From Eremomyces bilateralis CBS 781.70 (Eukaryota): a DNA stretch of 64,000 bases. Position numbers and translations under genes: made by a program. The notes beneath the pieces are model-generated. The model was not told the origin of the DNA. It did not search any database and saw nothing but the letters and a program-made list of their open reading frames with translations. The stretch lies in assembly GCA_010015585.1 (NCBI GenBank), contig ML975166.1; one strand, 5' to 3'. Positions within the stretch are counted from its first letter, which is position 1, and the number at the start of each line of letters is the position of its first letter. Shown piece by piece: positions 23,692 through 35,317 of this stretch.

Positions 23692-26600
23692 TTACTCATA
23701 TCTGGGGTCATCGTCGGGACTTCCCGCCCCTCCCCAGCCACCCGGTGTCTCCGCTGCAAATACTCCTGGCGTGGGCGCTCCATACGCTCCGGGAGTGGGC
23801 GCCGCGTAAGCCCCGGGCGTCGGCGCACCGACCGCAGGTGTCTGTCCATACCTCGGAGTCGGATGGTCGGCCGGGGCAGCAGGCGTGGGCGCGTTGAAAT
23901 GATCGGCAGGCGTCGCGGCGCTGTACCGGTCACTGGGAGTCGGCGCGCCATATCGGTCGTTATAGTGGTCGCCGGGAGTTGGAGCGGATATAGCAGGAGT
24001 GTAGCCAATACCATCACCGGGGGTCGGGGCGCTATCACCAGGGGTCGGAGCGGTGACGCCGGGGGTGGAAGCATGATGAGGAGCTGGGGTACGGGAGCCG
24101 GAATTGTAGGCTGGGGTGCGAGAGCCATCGTTCCAGGTATTGCTGGAGGAGAAGCCGTGGGCGCCGTGGGGTGTACGGGAAGAGGCACCCCACTAGGGAA
24201 GGGTTAGCGATATTCCTAATAGGGTTATGGGAGGAACTTACACTTCCGCCGCTGCCACCGCTGCCACCATACGCCGTCCTGCCGCCATCATCCCGGGCGT
24301 AAGCCGTCCTGCCCCCATCCTCCCGAGCATAGGCCGTCCTTCCACCATCATCACGGGAATAAGCCGGTGTTCGCGAAGAAGAGTTCCACGGGGACGGTGT
24401 CATTCCGCCATCATGCCTCTTCCATGCTGGTATATCTCCAGCGCTCCTCATACCCCAAGCAGGTGTTTGGCCACCGCCAGCACCCGCGGGAGTTCGGCTT
24501 CCCGACCAAGCTCCGTCTGGCACACGAGACGGAGTGTTGCCATACCTGATAGGGGTCCTGCCGAACCCGCCAGCACCTGCTCGTGGCAGTGCCTTGCCGC
24601 TCTCAGAGTCTCGAATCAAGAGCATGTCTTTGCTAACGGAGACGGTTTTGCTCTTGGTGTGTAGTTCAACCCGGGCCATCGTATCGGTTGCGTCCTTGAC
24701 GATGCCGAGTAGGCCTTTGTGAGGGCCTTTTCGAATGGAGACCGTCTGACCGATCATCCGATCGCGACCCATGGTCCTCGGCGGCGGCATCATTGGCGCG
24801 CCATTTGGGCTTCCGTTTCGTTGAAGGGCAGGGTTCATCTTCGACAGGTCAGGACCGGCATTAACCCGCCCTCCCTTGGCGGCAACCGTGGTGACGTTCA
24901 GGCTGCGAACGACAAACACACCTGCATTTTCGGCCTGCGTTCGATTCTGGCAGAAGAGGTTGTTCCGATGGATGTGCAGGACCGATCCCTGCTTTTGCTC
25001 GCCGCTATACTCCTTCACGGTATCGTCGGTTCGGATTTCGGACCCTTCTCGGTCGGTAGCGACAGCATTCCGACGTCGATCAATCTTGTTCGAGATGCTT
25101 GAAGGCAGCAGCGTGCGAACGGAACCATTTTGGTCGAGGACACGGATCGATTCACGATCGGCTTTGATAACGCAGGCGACCGTGGTGGCACTGGATCTAG
25201 TTAGCTTGACTGCAAACTACGTGAATCAGATAGAAGCAGATACGTACTCAAGCTGCACCAAGTCATACAGATCGTACTTGGACGACACGGTTGAGACGCC
25301 GGAATCTGCTGCTTTGCGAAGATCCTTGCTGAAGACTGTAATCTCCTGACTGTTCGAGTCCGTGAGCAGCGTCACCCGGTCCTTGATGATTCGAACAACC
25401 ATTCCTGCTTCATCGTGGTATTTGCTTCCACCGATGACCTTGACATGATCGCCCTCAACAAATTTCTTCCGTAGGTCCTTGACCGGCGCATCGATTCTCA
25501 TGCCAGGTTTTCCGCCTTCCATAATGTCCAGACTGACGATGTCCCCGTGCACGGTTGCGACCTTGCCCACGAGACCGGATTGCTCGCCTTGATAGATTTC
25601 CACGATATCACCCGAAGCGTAGCTCGATGCATCCTGCGTGGCTTTCAAGGTGGCTGCAATGGCTTGGAGATCGAGGTTTTCGGTACCGTCCTCGGCTCCC
25701 GCGGCGAACTTGGTGACTTCCTCCAACGTGGGATTGACGTTTTCGGTCTGGATATGCTGCAGTTTGAAGTCCTTGAGCAAAAATCCGTCGATGTACGTGT
25801 CGTTCATGTAGGAGATGGCATTCCGTTGCAGACCCTTGGCAGCTCCCAAGTATTTCGCGTTTTTCTTGCGAGCTTCGTGTTCGCTGAACAGGCGTTGAGG
25901 CGGCCTGGATGCTGCGGTCGGACCTTTCTTGACACCGAATCGCTTGCGCTTCGCGTCGCCTGCCGGGGCGTTGGGATCCTCGGTGATACCATAGTTGAGG
26001 CGAGGAATGAGACGGAGTTGCACTTCCAGCCCATTCGTCTCGACCTCTTCCACCTGGGCTAAATCGCCAGCGTAGAGGCCTCGTTTGATTCGCACGTACA
26101 TTCCAGGCTCCAAGGACTTTGACTTCTGCACTCGAAGCAGACCGGGCATCTCGTTGATCGGGATTAGCATGCATTTCGATCGCGGGTAGCAGTCTTGGAG
26201 ACCGTCGGTTGCCAAGAATACATCGTCTTGCCGTCTCGCTTCGATGTAGATGTGGCCCGCCATCAGGTCCCCACGCGAAAAGGCCGAGATCAGAGGAATC
26301 GGTTCCCGGGTATTGAGTCGGCTGTCCCATCGCCTCATGACCGATAGGACCACCTCTTTCTCTTTGCCTTCTCTGCACCGGACGGCCCATATCGACGGAT
26401 CGTCCACGGTCGGGAGTAAAAGACGTTGCGGAACGACGACATCATCCATCGCCATGCGACTCTGCTTTCCGTATTTCTGTCGCCATTCCTCGGCTTGTTT
26501 TTCCGCGTCCAAGCTCGCCATGAGATCGCGTTGTCGGTCCAATTGTCGGTGGTGGCGGTCATCGTCGACGCCTCCTAAGTTGAGCTCGAGGTTATCATCC

Positions 26601-27145
26601 GGATGAGGTTCGTCTCCAATATCGTCTTCCTCGATCTCATCTTCGTCTTCCTCATCGTCGACTTCCGCCTCTTCGTCGATGAATTGTAGGCGTGGATCTC
26701 GCCTCCTTCGTTTCCTAGGTCGGCCCTATGAATAGTCAATACCGGGCACGCGCATGAATCCCATGTCACTTACTGCTACGACATCATCCTCCTCATCACC
26801 ATCCTCGTCATCGTCTTCTTCATCGTCGTCTCCTTCGGCCGCGTCTCCGCCACGGTCTTCATCGTCCTCATCTACATCCTTGGTGTCGCGCTCCTCGCGT
26901 TCCTCGTCTTCGTCATCCGCCTCCCGTACTACTGGAGAGGCGGATTTACTAAATCTGGATGGCCTGGGTGCCGCAACATCCTCGTCGTCGTCATCCACTT
27001 TTGATGGTTCCCGTGCTGACCTCGACTGGTCATCCGACCCGTTTCCGGCATCCTCATTGTCCGACTCAACTGGGGGAGCAGGATTGAAGTCGTCATCATC
27101 GGATTCGGTGCCGGAGCCAAAGTCCTGGTTATAGAGCGCGGACAT
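23692..27145 (-). CDS. SPT5: Transcription elongation factor Spt5, 4 exons
   Basis: Introns 26726-26773, 25191-25247 and 24193-24241. Acidic N-terminus, NGN domain ([15 protein letters not shown]), KOW repeats ([29 protein letters not shown]), C-terminal RTPA/APTPG repeats, ends PRYE*. Confidence 0.96.
24270..24366 (-). repeat. Coding 30-bp tandem repeat x3 in the Spt5 CTR (AYxRxDGGRT)
   Basis: Translation [32 protein letters not shown]; gccgtcct recurs every 30 nt. Confidence 0.8.
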
Positions 27146-27668
27146 GACTAATGGTTCGAGGGATGAGCGAGTGAGATATGATCAAAGGACAAGTGATAAA
27201 GAGATTAAAGTATCAGGCAGCGCAGGAAGAGGCCATGTGAAGAAAACGTAAGAAAGAAAGAAGGGAGAAGCAGTGAGCAGAGAGGAGCGAGTGCGACGAT
27301 AGGTGTGAAGGACAAGTTCCCGTTCATGTCTTGAACTGCTGTGAAAGTTGTTGCTTGGAGGCTTGCAGTTGCATTCCTCAGGCCACAAGGCTCCAATACA
27401 TCCATGTCTATAAATTGGTTGCATGTGAGCACTGAGCAGTGACTCAGTGAGACAGCGAGACAGATCAATGACTAATCATGTTCCATCAGTTAGAACTCAG
27501 AACTCAGACCCAGAACAGTCGCTGCTGGTCACGTGCACGGCGGTCACTCCACCCTCTGACCATTTCCCGCTCATCGCTCGCTCTCTCACTTCATGCTTTA
27601 TTGCACCATTGATATGTAAATCTTTTGCCAGCTTGATTCCTACATAAGGTACTGATTAATATGATCAT

Positions 27669-28890
27669 CTATAGTCTACCATTGGCCAGCGTTCCATCGT
27701 CCGCTACTTCAACCACCGCCCTTCCCCAGACCTTGTGACCCTCGACATCTGCGAGCGCTTGCGGTATACTCTCTATACCACGATAGCTACCGTCGAACAC
27801 AACTGGGCGAACCTTTCCAGAATCAACCATGTCCATGAACTCCTTCCATATTTCCCGTGTCTCGTGTGGGAGCCGCCTCGACTGCTCGCCAAATCTCTGC
27901 AATTGCCGTTTGTCAGCCAAGTCCTGACCGGACACCGCATCATCGCGACTCTCAAGCCATTCTTAAACCAAGAGAAGATAAACTTACGTATCCAATTACT
28001 GATGCAGCGTTCAGCAGTAATCGGTTCATTTGGATCTTCTCCATGACACCCTGGAGCCCCGCGAATCCAACCAGAACGATCCTCCCGGCATATTTTAGAC
28101 ACTTGAGACTTTTCCCCACCACGCCGACCGCATCGTACACCGCCTCGACGCCTTCGCCGTTGGTCATCTCGAGCACCTGTTTTTCCCAGTTGTCGTCCGC
28201 ATAACACACCGTCCGGACCTGATCTCCTTCGCCCAAGCTTCGGACCACGTCCGCTTTCCGCTCATCCTTTCCCACCAGCGCAATGACCTTCGCCCCCAGC
28301 GCCAGTGCAATTTGTACTGCACAGATCCCAAGGCCACCCGTTGCGCCCGCCACTAGCATTGTCTCTCCACCCTTCAGCTTCGCGATCTTGACCACTGCAC
28401 CATAGCTCACCGCGCCGCTGGCACCGACCGCACACGCATCTCGATTCCGCCAACCCGCTGGCGTCTTCCGAACTCCGTCCGCCTTGGTCGCGTCGATGGA
28501 GATATACTCCGCGAACGTCCCTCCTCCCCCGCCGAAGACTCGGTCTCCGGTCCTGAGGCCGGAGGAAGACGGCGCCGAGACGATGACTCCAGCGAATTCA
28601 GTGCCGAGGATGAAGGGCGGTTTCATATGCCGGCGGTTGTTTTGATGCTTGCCTTGAGAATAGAGGACATCGACATGGGTGATGGGACAATGGGTTGTTC
28701 GGATAATGATCTTATCGTCTGACGGCGCTGGATGGGGAAGTGTGGAGGTGCGTATATCCGTGGGACGCTTCAACACTGTTAGCACCTCTGCATGGGATCG
28801 AGTATCAATAGCAACCGGAGCTTCTGGAAAGTCCAACTGCGTGGATGCTGTACTGACCGGGATGAATTCGGTGATGTGTATCGCCTGCAT
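27669..28890 (-). CDS. NADPH:quinone oxidoreductase / MDR family (zeta-crystallin-like), 3 exons
   Basis: Motifs PPFILGTEFAG, VAGATGGLG, YDAVG, GRIVLVGFAG. Introns 28768-28857 (in frame) and 27897-27987; ends NGRL. Confidence 0.9.
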
Positions 28891-29593
28891 GATTGCGCTG
28901 GTTGACTTTTGCTAGTCTTGAATATTGGTGATTGACTGGCTCAAGGAAAGTTGGCTGACAGCAAACTATGATTTCCGAAGTTGACAATTAGAAATACTCC
29001 TGATTTCTCGAAGTCATGCGGTCTGCGGGAAACGACCGACAATTCCTCCTCCAGCAAGCGTCAGCCAGGTACGGAATGATCTGGATGGCGGGGCGAAAGC
29101 CGAGGTCAAGGATCTACGTTATACATGTTCAAGCAGGAGTAGGCGATTTGCCAATTCTATTCTGGAAGTCAAACGTCCGGAGCTTAATTGTACCCTGTTG
29201 CATTGACGGCTGCAACCTTAAGGGTTCATTGCTGTCGGATGGGGGTTCTATTATTATTTTCAGGTGGGGGGGTTCCAGGATTTATGTTTCTCTTGTCCAT
29301 GCGATCAACGATAATTACTGTAGACAGTACGTAGAGCAGAATACCAGTACGATTTAAAAACCATCGAAATTTCTGGCCAAGTACGAAGCGCACCAAATGA
29401 GGTTCTGTTCCTGAGAAAGCGGCGAGGCGGGCTTATATTTGGTCTGTACCGGATTTGGAGCATTCCAATCCGAATAACTTTGACCATCGACACGTACATT
29501 TTGATCCACTCCATCTTGACCAACTGAACCTACACAACCCCATAGTCTTACCAAGTGCAATCCTCACAAAACACCACACATACCACCCCGATC

Positions 29594-30610
29594 ATGGGCT
29601 GGCTCTGGGGCTCGAAAGCGGACGACTCCGCCGTTTCCATCGATAAAGAGCTTCAAGAAGTCCTCCGACAGGAGGCTCCGAAACCCACTCTCCCAGTTCC
29701 ATCCTCCAAACCACGGCCGCAACAACCCCCAGAAGCGCCCCAGAATGACGAGAATACATCACGCGTTAATACAAAATCTCTCTTCCCCGACGGCCGCTAC
29801 GACCACCTGTGGAAGACATACCGGCCCATCGATGAAGTCGAACATGGCCAACGCACGCATAACGAGGTACTACGGGACCTGGTCGACGACATGAAAGATC
29901 GCAAACGCCAGGTCGCCGACGCGGCGAAGGAGAACTGCATCTTCGAGGTGCTGGCGACCAACGACTGCTGGGCCAACGGCGGGCTCCAATCGCGCATCAC
30001 CATGTGCAGCGACGAGACGAACCGGCAGGCCCGGTGCATCGAGCTGCAAAAGAAGTTTCTGTACGCGTTGGGGTTCTATTCGTACTATGACCGGCCGCGA
30101 GACGAGATGGATCGACTCCAGATACACGCCGATCGACTCTATCGGCAGATGATGGAGCATGAGAAGATCATCGAAGATGCGAGGGCCCAGAACGAACCCC
30201 TCCCCGAGTTGCCGCCGGTCATGTCGCGGGAGAACGTCACCAGCGTGTTCAAAGAGGTGGCCAAGAGCAGTAAAGATCCGAATCGGACAGCCGAAGGCGT
30301 GCCGTCCATCGAGTGGATCTTCGAGAATTCGCCCAAGATGGTGCGGGAGGAATACGAACGGTCGATTCAAGATAAGTCACCGGAAGAGGTCGCCCTGATG
30401 CAGAGGGAGCTGGAGGGGAAGGAGTTCTACAAGCGGCATAGCAGAGGGGATGTGAGCGACATCTACCGCTATGAGCGAGAGGCACGCGCGGAGAGGAAGG
30501 AGAAAGGAAAAACCTACTTTGGAGACTTTATCCTCAATTGGGGAGGGTTCAATTCGGCGGAAGGGAAACCTGGAACTCGAGAGTCGTCAGACTCGGCAGG
30601 AAAGCAATGA
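29594..30610 (+). CDS. Conserved fungal protein with a twin CX9C motif
   Basis: Single ORF from ATG 29594 (MGWLWGSK). Motif SLFPDGRYDHLWKTY; C-IFEVLATND-C and C-SDETNRQAR-C. Confidence 0.8.
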   Translation: MGWLWGSKADDSAVSIDKELQEVLRQEAPKPTLPVPSSKPRPQQPPEAPQNDENTSRVNTKSLFPDGRYDHLWKTYRPIDEVEHGQRTHNEVLRDLVDDMKDRKRQVADAAKENCIFEVLATNDCWANGGLQSRITMCSDETNRQARCIELQKKFLYALGFYSYYDRPRDEMDRLQIHADRLYRQMMEHEKIIEDARAQNEPLPELPPVMSRENVTSVFKEVAKSSKDPNRTAEGVPSIEWIFENSPKMVREEYERSIQDKSPEEVALMQRELEGKEFYKRHSRGDVSDIYRYEREARAERKEKGKTYFGDFILNWGGFNSAEGKPGTRESSDSAGKQ

Positions 30611-30800
30611 ACCTGTGTATATCCCATGTATGATACGAAGTTGCTGGCTCTTGTAAGATACTGTGGATGCCATATCATGCAATCCATACTCGAAACCAAA
30701 CCCCGACTCAACTGATCCATCCACGATGTTTAGCGCATGTATATTCTCTAATAAGTCTTATCTATGTGGAATATATGTCTCTAATGGGGTTCTCCCGGGT

Positions 30801-32045
30801 CTAACTCTTTCCCATATTCGGCAAACCCGTAATGAAATCCGCAATCTCCTCGCCGTTCTTCATGGGCAGATCATGTCCCGCATCTAGGACTTCGGTCTGC
30901 AAAAGCTCCTCGCCAAAGATCTCGAGAGCGTCGGGGCCCACCTCATCCGCCTTGACGATCGAATCCGTGTGCCCCAGCACGAGTAGTACCCTTTTCTCTC
31001 GCCCGTCCGCTTCGAACGCATGGCGAACCTTCCTCCACGTCTCGTGCTGCTTGGTGATCGGGCCGTGTTGGATGGCGCTGATAAAAACCGAGAGGAACCC
31101 CTCGTGATGTTTGATCTGCCAGTCGGTTGCTTTGGCGGCATTGATCGATGGTCTCGAGGGCACCAGATTTGGACCGTGCGAGACACTCTCCACGCCAATA
31201 ACGGGCTCTTTCCGGCTCTGCGGATTGCCAGGTGTACTTGGAATCTCTGCGGTGCCAATATCATCTTCGTCTGGGTTCGACTCGTTCGTGGGTCTGACCA
31301 GCGGAGGTTTCTCGGGCGCCGGTTTCAATCTCCGCCCAACTGCCCAGCGCACAAAGGAATTGGGGATCAGGCCGCCATTGTTGTATAAGATGTGGCTGGT
31401 CCAGCTAATGTGATGCTCGCGCATGATGCCCCCGGGTGCAAGAAGGACGAGATTTGAGACTAGATGGGGGAAGTAGGAGATAAACGTCGCTGCAACGCCG
31501 CCTCCAAACGAATAGCCGACAATGGTAAAGCCGCCCGAGCTCGCTCCCGTCCATGGCACGGAAGAGGAAGCCAGGACGTACAGAATCTGGGTGATATAGA
31601 GGGACGCATCGTGCGGATGGTTTTTCGGGTTCGGAGCCCCAGAGAAGCCCCGACCGAAGAGATCGAAGACCATGACCCGGCAACCGCTTTCGACTAACCG
31701 GCTCGCGATTTGAACCATGCTAATACACGGCGTGCTGATGCCGTGCACGAGGAGAACTTTCTTGCCATCTGTCGGACCCCATTCGTACACGCGGATACTG
31801 CCGAGTGGGGTGTTCACATTGCGGGCACCAGGATAGGCATCGGGGGGGTATGGCAGCGTCCTGATGGCGTCGTCGGAAAGAGAGGGAAGGACGGTGGTCA
31901 AGGGAGACTGATATGGGGTGTCTGATAATGTCCTCCTCCTATAGTTTGACGCCAGGAGACCAACCGCAACACCTGCTGCAACAGGTACCCATGACTTTGA
32001 CCAAGGAGATCTGGTAATGAAGTGAGTGACACCAGACAACTGCAT
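30801..32045 (-). CDS. Alpha/beta hydrolase with an N-terminal hydrophobic anchor, single exon
   Basis: Motifs VYEWGP, LLVHGISTP, FDLFGRGFS, GYSFGG nucleophile, LGHTDSIV, DAGHDLP. Confidence 0.9.
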   Translation of the reverse strand: MQLSGVTHFITRSPWSKSWVPVAAGVAVGLLASNYRRRTLSDTPYQSPLTTVLPSLSDDAIRTLPYPPDAYPGARNVNTPLGSIRVYEWGPTDGKKVLLVHGISTPCISMVQIASRLVESGCRVMVFDLFGRGFSGAPNPKNHPHDASLYITQILYVLASSSVPWTGASSGGFTIVGYSFGGGVAATFISYFPHLVSNLVLLAPGGIMREHHISWTSHILYNNGGLIPNSFVRWAVGRRLKPAPEKPPLVRPTNESNPDEDDIGTAEIPSTPGNPQSRKEPVIGVESVSHGPNLVPSRPSINAAKATDWQIKHHEGFLSVFISAIQHGPITKQHETWRKVRHAFEADGREKRVLLVLGHTDSIVKADEVGPDALEIFGEELLQTEVLDAGHDLPMKNGEEIADFITGLPNMGKS

Positions 32046-32330
32046 TGCTGATATGGTTGGAGACGAGATTAACGAAACCCAGTGGAATACTTCATGAATA
32101 CTACGAATTGTTGCATACGGTAGGGCATATAAACACCTCTTAGAGAGAGATCGGACAACAATGCAGCGAAAGCAGTCAGATTACCAGTGCCGTATGTCAG
32201 ATGGAAGAAGTTGCTTGGTTTGGTGAATGGTGGGATCAATGTGGGCTCCCGAAGTCGGCTTCAAAGCCCCCGATCCGCCGAGAACGATGCATGACATAAA
32301 AGTCGGAATCTGATATCTCACATCTGCATA

Positions 32331-32503
32331 CAGTCAACCACCGCTATAACGATTACCGCTACAGCGATATTCTCGTTATAGCGATAAGATTCCCTGCACG
32401 GATTCTCAATCAATGCTGCCAAGAAAATTCGTTTTAGCGATATCCGCGTTATAACGATTGGATTCGCCTGTACGGATTCAATTGTTATAGCGAAGGTTGA
32501 CTG
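32331..32503. mobile_element. Non-autonomous MITE, Tc1/mariner superfamily (pogo/Tigger-like ends)
   Basis: 24-bp TIRs, 21/24 identical (cagtcaaccaccgctataacgatt vs reverse complement cagtcaaccttcgctataacaatt). TA on both sides (32329-30, 32504-05); no coding capacity; internal CGYTATARCGAT-like repeats. Confidence 0.85.
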
Positions 32504-33597
32504 TACCATACTCCTCAGTCTTCACTGGACTGAACAGTTCATTTTCTCAATCATTGAAGGATACAGATCCCTTCGTGGAATGGTTGATCTAGAAGGCAGG
32601 AAGAAAAAGGTGGTAGTAATAATAGTGGCTGATACGTACAGTTGTACACGTTGGTGTTACAACAGGGCATTGCGGGCGGCCGTCTTACGGAGTACGGAGC
32701 TGGCGCCTGGCACTGTATTTACAGGAACGAACCAAGCCTTGAGAAGTTGAGAGCCAGGCGATGAAACATGGTGTTTATTTTAGCACACGTCAAGAATCAG
32801 GATATTAGTGCCTACTGCCTAGGGGTGGTGAATAGTGGTGCCCTGGCGGTTGCAACTGGCGCTGATACCGTACCCAGCGACAAGAATCTACAGGGTAACG
32901 AATCCAGTGCGGCACAGCTGAATGGATGATGCTGTTGTTAGTGTCTTTCTCTGCTGTAGGGCGCTGTGCAATGGAATGTACCATAGGGAGTACGGAGTAG
33001 TAGTATCTTGAGTTGCTGACGAGACACGCCTCTCACTCTACGATTCACTGCACACGTGACTGCCCCAACGGGCCAACAGTACGTAGCTAGTACTGCGTAA
33101 GAAATTCCGTTGGCAAACAGCAAACACCAAGAAACAACTCAATCCTCCCGAAGCGCTCAAGACTCCGCCAAGGGTTTGCGTTGACACAGAGCGTTGGAGT
33201 GTGACACGAGTGGCCTGTGGAGGGAGCGGCGTAGCGGACAAGCCTCAACGCTCTGCTTACATTGGATCTCAGCTACTGTCCTTAGTCGAGCGATGATCGC
33301 CTGTGGGTCGTCGAAAGGGGATTGATACTTGTACGCCGCGCGGAAGATTGGGCGTACGGAGTCCCTAGACGTGTAAGACGCATATCCCTTCTCACCAGTT
33401 TCCACTGCGCTACGGACTCCAATTCTCCAAAGGATGCTCCGACGGCTGAGGCTGTGAATCTCAAGGCCTATCACCATTTTATTTTCTCCCATCCTTCATT
33501 TTTTTTTCCTTCTCACTTTCATTCATCACCCACGGCCCTGAGACGGGTGTGTATTGCGATTCCCGCAGAGGGACCCTGAAAGTGAACCTCCATCAAG

Positions 33598-35133
33598 ATG
33601 GGTTCGAAGCTGAATCCCAAAGGACTTGGTTTCCGAATAACACTCTCGTATGTCCTCTCAATCCTCATGACTTGGTTTGGCGCCATCCACTGACCAGTAC
33701 CAAAGGTACATCCTAGATTATATCATCATAATGTTCGTCCTCACCGATGCGCTGCGCACGCGATACATTCCTGTATTCGACATCGCCAACTAATCGTCCG
33801 CCTACAGCGCCTTCATCATCCTCTTCTACCGACTCGACGCTGTCGAGCCCTTCCATCAGCACTTCTCCCTCCAGAACTACACCCTGCAGTATCCATACGC
33901 CGTCCACGAACGAATACCCGTCACGTTCTTAATTATTATAGCAGTCCTCGCCCCAGCCGTGATCATCGCCATTTACACCCTCCTTATCGATGGGATCTTT
34001 TCACATCGGGAAAGTCGTAGCGGCGGAAAGAGGACGAGACCATACACGTTCAAACAGAGGTTGTGGGAGTTGAACTGTGGGATCCTCGGTCTCGGCCTGT
34101 CGGTGTCGGCCGCTTTTACCATCACCGGTGAGTCGGAGTCCGGCCCTATGGCGCGTCACGGCTGACAGAATCTCCAGGGGCGCTCAAAAATGCGATTGGG
34201 AAGCCCCGTCCCGACCTCATCGACCGCTGCCAACCCCCGCCTGGCAGCGTGGATCCGCCCATGTACGGGCTTTCGACCCACTCCATTTGCACCCAGACCG
34301 ACAACGACATCCTGAAGGACGGCTTTCGCAGTTTCCCCTCGGGCCACAGCAGCAGTGCTTTCGCCGGTCTGTTCTACCTCTCAATCTACCTCGCGGCCAA
34401 GTTGCACGTGTTGGACTCAAAGGGCGAGGTGTGGAAGTCGTTTATCGTGCTCGTTCCCACTCTTGCGGCCGCGCTCGTTGCAGGGTCGAGGATCATGGAT
34501 GCGAGACATCATCCATTCGATGTGATCACCGGGAGCATGTTGGGAACGTTGACCGCCTGGGGTAGTTACCGCCAGTATTTCCCACCGGTGAGCGAAACCT
34601 GGAGGAAGGGCCGGGCGTATCCTATCCGATCGTGGGGAAAACAACCGAAAGCGCCGGAATATGCCCTCCGGGACGAGGAACGAGACTCGAACGATTCTAC
34701 TACGGCGTTGGACGGCGCCGCGCATCTCGACACGCACGGAGGCAACGTGTTCCGAGCACAGATCGACACCTCGCAGAGCGAAAGGAATCGACGGAACGGT
34801 CTTCAGCAACGGAAGGGTTCACAGGAAGAGCCCGGCCTTCCATACTACAACAGTCCATCCATCGACGTCACCCCGGCTTCTCCCAAATCCGACGACCCAA
34901 ACCGACAGCGATCATATCGTTCCACCCAGCAAGAACTCTGGACCAGCGACGATGAAACGGCGGAAGGGTACGAATTGCGCGAGCAAGGACACCCCCCTGG
35001 ACATCAGCGTGCCCGTGGAGGTGAGACCAACGAAGAAGAAGGCCGGCAGGCAAGCACCGTGGATCATACTAAGGACAAACAGGAGTCTATTGAGTCGCCG
35101 CAGAGGCGATTTTCATTCGAGCCAGCTCGGTAG
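33598..35133 (+). CDS. PAP2-family lipid phosphate / diacylglycerol pyrophosphate phosphatase (Dpp1-like), 4 exons
   Basis: Introns 33648-33705, 33733-33807 and ~34127-34177. The three PAP2 motifs are present: KNAIGKPRPD, SFPSGHSS, SRIMDARHHPFDV. Confidence 0.9.
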
Positions 35134-35317
35134 TTCAAGGCGATAATTACATACAATCGTACACATAAAAACTTTTCCTCCTCCTGCCCCCCTTCCGCGT
35201 CCGTCATGTTACATGAGGCCAACGCCGTGGTATTTTAAAGAATTGGGGCCAAGCTCCGGAACGAGATCGCACGATAAGCGTCACGTCGACCCATTCCATC
35301 CGCTTGCCAACCGTGCA

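Noticed and set aside
32342..32493. Repeat-spacer-like pattern suggesting a CRISPR array
   Set aside because: Eukaryotic context, 12-bp degenerate units with irregular spacing, no cas genes; explained by the MITE.
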